Below, in pieces: positions 16,969 through 28,221 of a stretch of 64,000 nucleotides of DNA. The first letter of the stretch is position 1. Each line of letters starts with the position of its first letter. The stretch is taken from NCBI RefSeq assembly GCF_009914755.1, contig NC_060930.1. One strand, written 5' to 3'. The notes under the pieces were generated by a model that had not been told where the DNA came from, did not search any database, and saw only the letters and a list, made by a program, of their open reading frames with translations. Both the position numbers and the translations under genes were made by a program. Source of the stretch: the human T2T-CHM13v2.0 reference genome, Homo sapiens.

Positions 16969-17074
16969 TTAGGAAAGAAAAAAAGGAGGTAAGACTTTAA
17001 AAGTTTGTCTTGAACAAATGTGAAGAAATTGGAAATGAAGTATAATATAAGGAGTACATATAGGCTACATGAAC

Positions 17075-17270
17075 AGACACACCTTGATTTAAATTCCAGC
17101 TATCTTGCTTCCTAGTTATGTACCATAATTAAAGTAAATTACTTACCTTCTCAAAACCCTGGTTTTCTCATCTCTAAAACAGAAACAATAAAGCCTACTT
17201 TGCAGTGTTTTTTGAAGAAAGATAAAGTATGTAAGGTTTCCAGCATATAGGAGAAAATTCATGAAAGACA
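17075..17270 (+). mobile_element. MIR
   Basis: Core aaattccagct...ttttctcatctctaaaac. Confidence 0.5.
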
Positions 17271-20251
17271 GCTATTATTTGATTTTAAAAGTATACTTCA
17301 ACATGTAAATAGTACAGTATATACATTAATCATATAAAAGTGAAAGTTCTAAGTAAATAAATAAAAACTAAAGAAAAATTTCTTCACAGTTAATCATTTC
17401 CAGCTAATACTAAATTCAATATGTATTAATAGAATGTTTCTCTAACTAGAAAGTAAGATCCATGAATCGGGGATTCTTGTCCATCTCAAAGTGTCCATCT
17501 TATATTCCCTATTGCATAGAAAAAAATGGCACAAAATAAGTACTCACAAAATAATTGTTGAATGAATAAATGTATTATTGCTTCTATGAGCAAGGCTTTG
17601 AAGGAAATTCTTTTCAAGGGGAAGATATTCCCTCTCCCCCATGTAGGATTAAAATCTGGAAGAGGAAGGCAGGAAATACAAATATTCCTTCAAACAAATC
17701 AGCATGTGGTTAAGTGCTGTAAAAAGATATCAACAAAGTACTGTAAAAGCAAAGAAAGAGGTTATTTTTCCATTTATTTAAAAGATATTTACAAAGCACA
17801 TACGTTAGGCATTGTGCTAGGTGCTGGGGATTCTACAGTTAATAAAATCAGATCCCACCAGTTTAATGTGTCATACACAAAAAGACCAAAAAAAGACAAT
17901 GAAACTAAGTGCTAAGATAGTTACATGTGCAGTAGCTAAGGGAGGGTGTTACAGAAGTAAATTTGAACTAGGCCTTGAAGAACTGATACTTTCCCAAAAG
18001 GTAAGCATGCAACTCAACCATTACAGAAATAGCATTTATCATGTCCAGGCTATTTCAAAGATGGCAGACTCACCCTTTACAAACTCAAATTTTAATCAGA
18101 GACATGAGAAGCCTTTAGATGATTGTAATATAGAACAGAATGAATATGGTAGCCAAATAAAGGCCATGTTAAGTACAAAGTATTGGGAGAAAGTAGGATA
18201 CATGAAGACATTGAGCGAATGAGGAAAAAGGCTTTTCTGGAGAGGTGGCTTTTGAGACAGATTTTGAAAAACAGATTCTGGCAAGAATGGAAAAAGGAAC
18301 AGGCATTCTAGAAAGAACATTTTTAAAAAGGTTAAAAAGTAGATACAGAGAGTTATCATGTCATGTTTATAGGTTACAAGTGGGCAGAATAAAAGGGAAA
18401 ACTTACAAATCTAGGTTGCAGCCTTCCTGTAGAATTCCAAGAATTGTGAACTTGGCTTTGTAAATCTCTATATTCCCCAGCATTCAATCTAGTGTCTAGA
18501 CTCTGAGCAAGTCTGATGAAAGGGAAGAGATGAGAGGAAAAAGACAAGAGAGTGCTAGAAGAAATAGGACAAAGCTAGATTCAGTGAACAAGATGCACTG
18601 AGAATGAATATGGATGTTATCATTTAAAGAAATTATTCTAACTAATTTAGCTGAAAAGAAACAAGGAGCTGATATAGAGCATGGAGAACAGAATGAAGAA
18701 ACTGGAAGCAGGGTGAAAGGATTTAGAGAAAATGATTATTTAAAGATGTAAATGGAAAATAAATGTTAAAGATAACCAAGGTTTAAGATTTTGTCTAACT
18801 AATACGGAAGATTATCTTCTGGGCAGAAGTAAATATAAAGAAGAACAGTAGGTTATATAGAAAAATAGGTTATACTTAAGCAGATATACTTAATATAATT
18901 AGAGCCTATGATTATTATTTCATTTGAATATACAAGTACAGATGGACACCAGGCAGAAAGATAGATATGGAACTCAGGAAGATGGCTAGGCTATGAAACT
19001 ATAAAAAGCTAATACAGACTTCCAGTTTCTAGCCCAGCGTGTAAAGATATCAGAAGTCGCCACTCAGTCCTAAAAAAAATAAAATAAAAAGCTGAAAAAA
19101 CTGAAATATCAACAAGTCTTCTAAAGTCTGTGAGAGAAATGAGGTTACAGGGCAAACTGCTGCCTCCAAAACTGGAAAAAAAGGATAGGTAGAAACAGAG
19201 GTTCATAACCTAATAAAGCAAAAACCCATTAGTAGAAGAGCCAGGGTGGGAAAATCTGTAACTAATGAATTGCTAGAGACTTGGAGTAGATAAATCTGAG
19301 AGTTAAAAATTCCACGGGGACCCAATCATACAGGAGGTTTCCATATGTCTGTGAGTTTTACCTCCAGGAGTGTTCTACAAGATCTTCAGTGAGTATCAGA
19401 GAAAAATCCCCTCCTGTTTCTGGCAGGGGGAGGGGAAAAGGAACCATTTAAAATATGCCAGAGCATTCTGTTCTTAAAAATGCCTGCCGTCAGGAGAAAC
19501 TATTTTACCAGAGCCTAAACTGCTGGGGTTTTATCAGAGCTTAACGTAGTTGGGGTAAAGGGAATAACCCAACTCCAGCCAACTCCAGCCTTCCACATAG
19601 AGGAGGGTTAATACACAAATCAAGCTCCTTTGGCCTTCCCTGTGGAAATACCAACTCCATCGCCCTCCTGCCATCCTGTCCCGCCTAAGGGTGGGGAAAG
19701 AAAAAATCTTAGAAAACTGAAGTTCACAATCCAGAGGAACAAATTCACCAAAAGACTGAGACCTAAACACAGGACTATAGAATACTTCCCCTTCCCTGCA
19801 CACTTTACCACTGCATTACTAAAGCTCTATTTACCACACTTATTAAACCTTGGACATCATGTCTACTTTCAACAAAAATTACAAGACACGCAAAAAGGCA
19901 AAAAACGCAGTTTGAAGAGACCACAAAGCATCAGACACAGAGTCAGATATGGCAAGAATGTCAGAATTATCAGACCAGGGATTTTTGACAACTAGGATTA
20001 GTAAGATTATGATAGAAAATGTAGACAGTATACAAGAACATACAGATAACGTAAGTGTAGAGATAAAAATTCTAGAAAAGAATAAAAAAGAAATGCTAAA
20101 GATTGAGAACACTAACAGAAATAAAGAATGTCCTTGAGGGACTCATTAGCAGAGTAGACCTGGCTGAGGAAACAATTCCTGAACTTGGGATATGATGACA
20201 GAAACTTCCAATACTGAAAAAGAGAAAAAAAAAAAACCTTAAAAAAACAAC

Positions 20252-20761
20252 ATGCCTTGTTTCACATGAGGCTTCTGACTTGGACTTTCGGGTTAATGCT
20301 AGAATGAGTTAAGGCTTTAGGGGACTGTTGGGAAGGCATGATTGTGTTTTAAAATGTGAGAACATGAAATTTGGGAGGTGCTGGGGTGGAATGACACGGT
20401 TTGGTTGTGTCCCCACCCAAATCTCAACTTGAATTGTAGTTCCAATAATCCCTATATGTTGAGGGACTCAGTGGGAGGTAATTGAATCATGGGGGCGATT
20501 ACCCCCATGCTACCGTTCTCGTGATAGCGGGTGAGTTCTCTTGAGATCTGATGGTCTTACAAAGGGCTTTTCCCTCTTTGCTCAGCACTTCTTCCTTCTA
20601 TCATATGAAGAAGGATGTGTTTGCTTCCCCTTCCACCATGAATTTAAATTTCCTGAGGCCTCCCCAGTCACGCGGAACTGTAAGTCAATTAAACCTCTTT
20701 CCTTTATAAATTATCCAGTCTCAGGCAGTTCTTTATAGCAGCATCAGAACAGACTAATACA
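20252..20761 (+). mobile_element. THE1 (MaLR) internal 3' end plus THE1D-like LTR (20392-20761)
   Basis: PPT ggggtggaa followed by tgacacggtttggttgtgtccccacccaaatctc...agactaataca. Confidence 0.85.
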
Positions 20762-22754
20762 AAGCCCTTTACTGTTGGTGAAGAGGTGATCCTGCCTGCT
20801 GCCAAGCACATTTGTCATGAACTCTTAGGAGACGCTGCAGTTCAAAAGGTGACATGTGTTCATCTTTCATCTTTCAGCCATCACAACAAAATGAACTGAT
20901 GAAACAGCAGAGGATATTGAGGCACAGTTGTTAAAGAGGATGAATGAGTCACTGTGGTATGCAATCCAGGTTGAAAAGTCTATCAATGTTAACAAGGCAA
21001 CAAGGCTTGCTTTTGTGTGATATATTTTCAGAAGGATGTGCAAGAGGATATGTCATACGCACTTTTATTGCCAACCAACACCACAGCTGCAGAATTATTC
21101 AAGTCTTTGAATGATTACATATCAGAAAAATGGAATTGGTCATTTTGTGTCAGTATACGCACAGACAGAGAGGCTTCCATAACTGGATGTCCTTCTGGCT
21201 TCACAACTTGGGTCAGATGGTCACTTCTGCATGTGACTCCACACATTGTGTCACCCATAGAGAAATGCTGGCTAGCTGAAAAATGTCACCTGAATTTAGC
21301 AACATTTTGCAGGATATCCTTAAAATTATCAACCACATTAAGTACATGCCCTTAACCCACATCTGATGGTGCAGCTCTGTGAGGAGATGGACGCAGGGCA
21401 CACACGTCATCTCTTATACACAGAAGTGATTGCTTTGTGTTATTTTATTTTATATTTTTTATTTTATTTTATTTTATTTTATTTTATTTTATTTTATTTT
21501 ATTTTATTTTATTTTATGAGGCTGGAGTGCAATGGCACGATCTCGGCTCCTGCAACCTCCACCCCCGGGGTTCAAGCAATTCTCCTGTCTCAGCCTCCTG
21601 AGTAGCTGGGATTACAGGCATGCGCCACCAAGCCCGGCTAATTTTTGTACTTTTAGTGGAGATTGGGTTTCACCATGTTGGTCAGGCTGGTCTCGAACTC
21701 CTGACCTCGTGATCCACCCACCTCGGCCTCCCAAAGTGCTGGGATTACAGGCGTGAGCCACTGTGCCCGGCCAGAAGTGATTGCTTTCTAAAGGTAGATT
21801 ACTGGCCAGAGTTTTTGAGTTACAAGAGCCACTCCAGAGATTTCTTTTAGAAAAACAGTCACCACTGGCAACACATTTCAGTGACACAGAATGGCTCACA
21901 AAACTTGCTTACTTATGTAACATATTCAACCTGCTCAATGAAGTCAATCTGTTGTCACTTCAAGGGAGAATGACAACGGTGTTCAAGTCAACAGATAAAA
22001 GTGGCTGCATTCAAAGCCAAACTAGTATTATGAGGGCAATGCATAAACATTGGGATTTCTGACATGTTTCAAACATTAGCAGAAATCTTGAAACAGACTG
22101 AGCCAGGGCCTTCTTTCTCCCAGCTGGTACATGGATCACCTATCTCAGCTTTTTAAAGAATCTGAGCATTAATTCCCAACCATAAAAAAACCCGAACTGG
22201 GAAGAAATGGATAGCGACCCACTTGTAAATTGCCAGGTGAATCAACTTTGTCCACACTAGAAGAGAATCAACTGCTTGAGACTGCAAATGACAGTGGTCT
22301 TAAAAGTATGTTTGAGACAACTTCAAGTCTCCATACATTTTGGATTAGAGTCAAGGCAGAATATCCTGAGATTGCCACAAAAGCACTGAAAAGCCTGCTT
22401 CCATTTCCAACATCATATCTTTGTGAAGCAGGGTTTTCTGCAATGATAGCGACCAAAATGAGATTACAGAGTAGACTGGACATAATCAACAAACTTTGGG
22501 TGTCACTGACTCCCAACACTCCCAGATGAGACCGTCTAGTTGTGGAAAACAAGCTCCGGGCTCCCACTGATTCTACATTATGGTGAGTTGTACAATTATT
22601 TCATTATATATTAAAATGTAATTATAATAGAAATGAGGTATACTATAAATGTTATGTGCTTGAATCATCCCAAACCACACCCCCTCCCCAGGTCTGTGGA
22701 GAAATTGTCTTCCTCAAAACCAGACCCTGGTGCCAAAAAGGTTAGGGACTTCTG
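20762..22754 (+). mobile_element. Charlie3-type hAT DNA transposon fossil (3' ~2 kb, degenerate transposase)
   Basis: Translated fragments WNWSFCVSIRTD and FWIRVKAEYPEIATKALKSLLPFPTSYLCEAGFS (hAT dimerisation domain). MER1-type right end ccctggtgccaaaaaggttagggacttctg. Confidence 0.85.
21437..21772 (-). mobile_element. AluS with (TATTT)n tail, inserted in Charlie3
   Basis: 15-bp TSD agaagtgattgcttt (21422-21436, 21773-21787). Confidence 0.93.
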
Positions 22755-23332
22755 CTATACACTCTGAAGTTATCCTTCAAGAGCGAAAGAGAAAGACTTC
22801 CACAGACAAAAATTGAAGGATTTTTGTGGCCAGTATATCTGCTTTGCAAGAAATGTTAAAAGCCTTCAGAGAGAAGGGAAATGACACAGGTCAGAAACTC
22901 ACATCTAGACAAAGAAAGCAAGAGCATCGGAAAAGGAATAAGTGAAGGTAAAAATTTTTAAAGCTTTATTATTCTTAATTGATCTAACAAGTGACATTTT
23001 AATTACAGCAACAATGTAATCATTTATGTATGTTTCTGTGTATGTGTGCATGTATGTATACATATGCTTATGAATAAGTGAAATGACTGATAACAATGAT
23101 ACAAGGATGAGAAGGAAGATGGAGGAATTAGAAGTATTTTGCTATTATATGGTACTTATCATAAGGTAAACTTCATTACCTTCAGGTGGTGTAGGGTTAC
23201 TTGACAGCAGACTTGGATTAGTTATAAATGTAAATGAAAACTATAGGGCAACCACTAAAGAATGTAAAAAGAGAAGTGTAATAAAGTAGAAAGAGAAAAA
23301 TTGATTAATATAAAATGCTCAATTAAAATGAC

Positions 23333-23475
23333 TGGGAAATGGTTGGCTCATGCCTGTAATCCCAGTACTTTGAGAGGCTGAGGCAGGAGGATCACTTAAG
23401 GTCAGGGGTTCGAGACCAGCCTAGGCAACATAGTGAGACCCCCATATCTACAAAAAATAAAAATAAATAAATACA
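23333..23475 (+). mobile_element. FLAM/AluJ monomer
   Basis: Left-arm consensus plus A-rich tail. Confidence 0.75.
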
Positions 23476-23627
23476 AATGATAAAAGACAAAGTGTGGAAC
23501 ACTACAAAAAAATCTACAGCTAAGCATCAAAATACATCAAACAAAAACTGACAGAACTACAAAGAGAAACAGATTAATCTACTATCGCAGTTGGAGATTT
23601 TAACAACTGTATCAGAAATGGACAAAT

Positions 23628-23818
23628 CTAGCAGTTTGGGAGGCCAAGGCAGGTGGATGGCTTGAGCCCAGGAGTTTGAGACCACCCTAGGAAACATAGT
23701 GAGACCCAATCTGTTAAAAAAAAAAAAAAAAATAGAGAGAGAGAAAGGAAAGGAAAAAGGGAGGAAAGGGAGGAAAGGGAGGGAGGGAGGGAAGGAGGGA
23801 AAGAGAAAAGAAAAGAAA
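23628..23818 (+). mobile_element. 5'-truncated FLAM/Alu monomer with GA-rich tail
   Basis: Alu monomer, then A/GA purine repeat; flanks agaaatggaca on both sides. Confidence 0.7.
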
Positions 23819-24503
23819 TGGACAGTTTCAACAGGCAGAAAATCAGTAAGGGTGTAATTTATCTCAACAGCCCCATCAATCAATTAACTGTAACTGACAT
23901 CTGTAGACTACTCATCCAAAAATGGCATCACACATTCATCTCAAGCTCACCTGGAACATTCACCAAAGCGGACAACATTTTGGGCCATAAGATACACCTT
24001 AAAAAGATAAAAAATCATCCAATGTCTGCTGTCAGACCATAGTGGAATTAAACTAGAAATCAAAAACAGAAAGACAGCTGGGAAATCCCAAAATACCTGG
24101 AGATTAAACAACACACTTCTACATAATACATAGGTTAAAAAGGAAATCTCAAGAGAAATTTAAAAATGTCAACTAAATGAAAAGGAAAATACAACCTATC
24201 AAAATTTGTGGTATCCAGTGAAAGCAGTACTTAGAAATTTATAGCATTGAATGCATATATTAGATAAGAAAAAAAGGATCTAAAATAAATCATCTAAGCC
24301 TCCACCTAGGAAATCAGAAAAAGTAGAGAATATCAACTAGAAAAAGTAAATCTGAAATAAACAAAAGAAACTAAAAGTTCAATGTTTGAAAATTAATTAA
24401 GGTACTCCATCACCAACAGGCTAAAAAAGACAAATCATGATTATGTCAAATCCACGAAATGCACTTGACAAAATCTAACACCCATTCATGATTAAAAACT
24501 CTT

Positions 24504-24817
24504 GGCCAGGCACGGTGGCTCATGCCTGTAATCCCAGCACTTTGGGAGGCTGAGGCGGGTGGATCACAAGGTCAGGAGTTTGAGACCAGCCTGGCCAATA
24601 GGGTGAAACCCCGTCTCTACTAAAAATACAAAAATTAGCCAGGCATGGTGGCAGCCACCTGTAGTCCTAGCTACTCGGGAGGCTGAGGCAGGAGAATCAC
24701 TTGAGCCCAGGAAACGGAGGTTTCAGTGAGCCCAGATCGCATCACTGCACTCCAGCCTGGGGGACAGAGTGAGACTCTGTCTCAAAAAAAACAAAAAACA
24801 AAACAAACAAAAAAACA
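24504..24817 (+). mobile_element. AluS
   Basis: Full-length Alu consensus. Confidence 0.93.
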
Positions 24818-25138
24818 ACTCTCAGCAAACTAGTAATAGAGGAAGCTTCTTCAATTTAATAAAGAACATATACAAAATACAAGTATAGCTAACATTATAT
24901 TTATAGTGGTGAGAAACTTGAAGCTTCGCCACCAAGATCAAAAAGCACGCACGAATGTCCCCTCTCACTACTGCTTTTCAACATCATACTGGAAGTGCTA
25001 ACTAATGCAATAAGACAAAAAGAGTACATAAAAGGTATACTGATTGGAAAGGAAGGAAGAAATAAAACCATCATTGTTCACAGATAACATGATCATCTTT
25101 TATAAAATGTCAAAAAGAATCCATACAAAAAAACTCCT

Positions 25139-25985
25139 GGCTAGGTGCAGTGGCTCATGACTGTTATCCCAGCACCTTGGAAGGCCAAGGCAGGAGGATC
25201 ACTTGAGCCCAGAAGTTGAAGACCAGCCTAGGCAACATAGTGAGACCTTGCCTCTACTAAAGTATTTTTTTTTTTTAATTAGCCAGGCATGGAGACACAC
25301 ACCTGTACTCCCAGCCACTCAGGAGGCTGAGGCAGAAGGATTGCTTGAGCCCAGGAGTTGGAGGCTGTAGTGAGCTACTGCTGGGAGCCAAAAATGCCAA
25401 AGGGACCGTGACCAACTCAGCATTCCACTGGTGGCTATATGATCAAACAGCAAACTATTTATCATGAACGCAGGACGTGGGCAAACTCACACTGCACCTG
25501 CTGCTAAAAGGTTTCCTGAGGACCATCACTCCCTGGCGCTGGGCTCCTTGAAGTTATCTACTGGGAAATCTAGCACCTATTGTTCGAAGGATGCAGTCTC
25601 ACAAGCCTGCACCTATTGTTCGAAGGATGCAGTCTCACAAGCCTGCTGTGAACCAAACAGGCTGACTGATAATTACTCAACAATCACCCTCTCTTTCTCG
25701 TTATCTCTTTTACCTAATACATTCAGAGGGCTGAAAAAGCTCAAGGACCCTGTCCACTAGAGGCAAGGTGCCCCCGACCCCTTCTTCCAATTATACTCTT
25801 TTGTCTTTGTCTTTTATTCCCGCGTTCACCCCCTTTGTTCAGTCTCCCAAGGTCCATGCAGGCTACAAGTACTGCCCCAAACAGCAATAAAATCGGGTGC
25901 TCAACAAGCTACAATTGCACATATGATTGTGCAACTGCATGCCAGCCTAAGCAACAGAGCAATACCCTGTCTCAAACAAACAAAC
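25139..25985 (+). mobile_element. AluJ interrupted by the LTR; its A-tail was the target of the BRD7 retrocopy
   Basis: Alu body 25139-25378 resumes at ~25913 and ends ctcaaacaaacaaac. Confidence 0.85.
25379..25906 (+). mobile_element. Solo LTR, LTR3-like (HERV-K/HML-6 class)
   Basis: TG...CA ends with a 6-bp TSD AGCTAC (25373-25378, 25907-25912). Sequence resembles the LTR3 consensus as I recall it. Interrupts an AluJ. Confidence 0.75.
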
Positions 25986-26586
25986 ATCTTGAAGGGACAT
26001 CTGTTCTACTTCTTCTTGTTTGGATAAACAGCTTGTGAGAGGCTTCTCAGGAGGCAAGTCTAATCTCATAGGGGCATGACACTGGAAGTCTTTTTCTGCC
26101 TCATTCTCCACATGGTCTTGATCTCGCTTATTTTTGTCCTCTTCAATTCTGCTTTCTCCCCTTTTCTTCCCCCAGAACTGGCTTCTCTCCTTTCTTTCTC
26201 TTTTTCCACTTTCTGTCCTTGTGTTTGTCATGATTGTTTTTGTCTTTGAAGAGGCTGGAGCAGTGCTCCAAACTGCCCGTGGAGAGCTCAGTAACTGCTT
26301 TCCCTCCTACTTTGAGGACCAGCTTCAAGGGCTTTTCCACATACTCTTTGTAGAGGTGCTTCTCTGACTTGTGCTCCTTGCCCATGTCTGACCAGGCCCT
26401 GGTGCCCACCTCCCATGCCAGGCCCAGGCCTTGGGGTGCCACTTCTGGTCCAGGCCAGGCGAGGTGGAGGACAGGAGCAGGGCCTACCAAACCCCGCACG
26501 CCAATGCAGGGGGTTAGCATGTGTGCCAGGTGGCACAAGGCCCCTCTTGAGAAGACAGCCCATGAGACCTAGCTGGGGCCTGAGAA
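25986..26586 (-). pseudogene. BRD7P3: Processed BRD7 pseudogene, inverted 5' segment (5'UTR plus N-terminal coding region up to ...EEVEQxxLQ)
   Basis: Minus-strand translation gives MGKEHKSEKHLYKEYVEKPLKLVLKVGG...DLPPEKPLTSCLSKQEEVEQ, the BRD7 N-terminus. ATG at 26385-26383; intronless; frameshifted; CpG-decayed GC-rich 5'UTR. Confidence 0.92.
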
Positions 26587-26587
26587 C

Positions 26588-28221
26588 ATGAATCAACTGA
26601 TGAGACAGCTGCAGAGAAAAGATCCAAGTGCTCTTTTCGTTTTCTGTGATTTTATTGCTCCTGGCTACTCCATCATCATTAAACACCCAATGGATCTCAG
26701 CAACATGAAAGAAGAGATCAAGAACAGTGAAGAACTAACGGATAACTTCAAACCAATATGTACTAATGCCATGATTTACAACAAACCAGAGACCACTTAT
26801 TATAAAGCTGCAAAGAAGCTGTTACACTCAGAGATGAAAATTTTTAGCCAGGAAAAAATTCAGAGCCTGAAGCAGACCACAGACTTCATGGCTAACTTGA
26901 AAAAACTTGAAAGCAGAAAGACAGAACAGACATCTCACAGAGTGGGGAGGATGGAGGCTGCTGGCTGAGAGAGAGAGAGAGAGAGAGGACTCTGGAGATG
27001 CCGAAGCACAAGCCTTCAAGAGTCCCAGCAAAGAAAATAAAAAGAAAGACAAAGATATGCTTTTAAGTTTAAAAGCAGTAATTTAGAGAGACAGTAGGAG
27101 CAGCTTGACTGCATCATGAAGGAATCTGGAGGAAAACTGACCAGGTGGCTTGTTAACAGTCAGTGGGAATTTGAAAGAAGAAAACCAGATGGAACAAGAA
27201 GACTGGGACTTCCCCATCCTGTGGATCCCATTGTAGGAGAGCCAGAATACTGCCCTATGAGACTGGGAATGACAACTGGAAGACTTCAGTCTGGAGTGAA
27301 TATTCTGCAGGGGTTCAAAGAGGATAAAAGGAACAAAGTAACTCCAGGGTTATATTTGAATTATGGACCCTGGAGTTCTTATGTACCGCATTATGACTCC
27401 ACATTTATGAATATCAGCAAGGATAATTCAGATTTAATCTATGCAATCTATGGGGGAAGACTGATCTTCCAAGCAATTTCAGCAACCATGAGTTTCTGGC
27501 CCCATGCCAAGATTACCCATATGTTATGACAGATAGTTTGCTGGATGTTTTAACAAAAGGAGGGGATTCCAGGGCCCTATAAGAGTTGGAGATATCACCT
27601 GATGATGAAGGCCATACTAGGACACTTGACACAGCAAAACAAATGGAGATTACACAAGTAGAGCCAGCAGGACATTTGGACTCTAATACTCAAGATAGGC
27701 TCATGGCACTGAAAGCAGTAACAAACTTTGGCGCTCCGGTTGAAGTTTTTGACTCTTGAAGAAGCTGAAGTATTCCAGAAGAAACCTGATGAAACCAACA
27801 AATTGCTCAGGGAGCTCCAGCTCAATGAGCATTTGAACACCTGACCCCTTCCCAATATGATGTCTCTTGGATCCCTCATACAAAGAAATGCATCTTGCTG
27901 AACAGGTGACCAATAATCTTAAAGAACTTGTACAACAAGTAACTCCAGGTGATATCGTAAGCATGTGTGGAGTTCAAAAAGCAATGGGGATTTCCATTCC
28001 TTCCCCTGTCATGGAAAACAACTTTGTAGATTTAACAGAAGATCTTGAAGAACCTAAAAAGACACGGAGTGGACCTAGTGGGAGTTGAGGCCACCTGGTA
28101 TTTGATTATGTATTATGTACATACTTTTCCATTCTTAACTTAAAAACGCTTTCACAAGATATCAAATATTTGTAAATTGTGCTTTTAATTAAACTTCGGA
28201 ACAGTGAAAACAAACAAAAAA
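26588..28221 (+). pseudogene. BRD7P3: Processed BRD7 pseudogene, non-inverted 3' segment (bromodomain to C-terminus, 3'UTR, A-tail remnant)
   Basis: Translates NQLMRQLQRKDPSA...NAMIYNKPET...KESGGKLTR...MHLAEQVTNNLKEL...GPSGS* (TGA 28086-28088), with several frameshifts and stops. No introns. ATTAAA at 28188-28193, then an A-rich tail. Confidence 0.95.

Larger units (their letters stand above)
19015..25138 (+). mobile_element. Old L1M (L1MC/MD-like) 5'UTR-ORF1-ORF2, hosting nested insertions
   Basis: 5'UTR start gacttccagtttc; ORF1/ORF2-like segments resume after each insertion. Confidence 0.7.

Noticed and set aside
21017-22529. hAT transposase ORFs as a domesticated ZBED-like gene
   Set aside because: Multiple stops and frameshifts, an Alu insertion and a missing 5' part indicate a fossil.
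26369-26590. GC-rich stretch as a CpG-island promoter
   Set aside because: It is the CpG-decayed, retrocopied BRD7 5'UTR, not an island.
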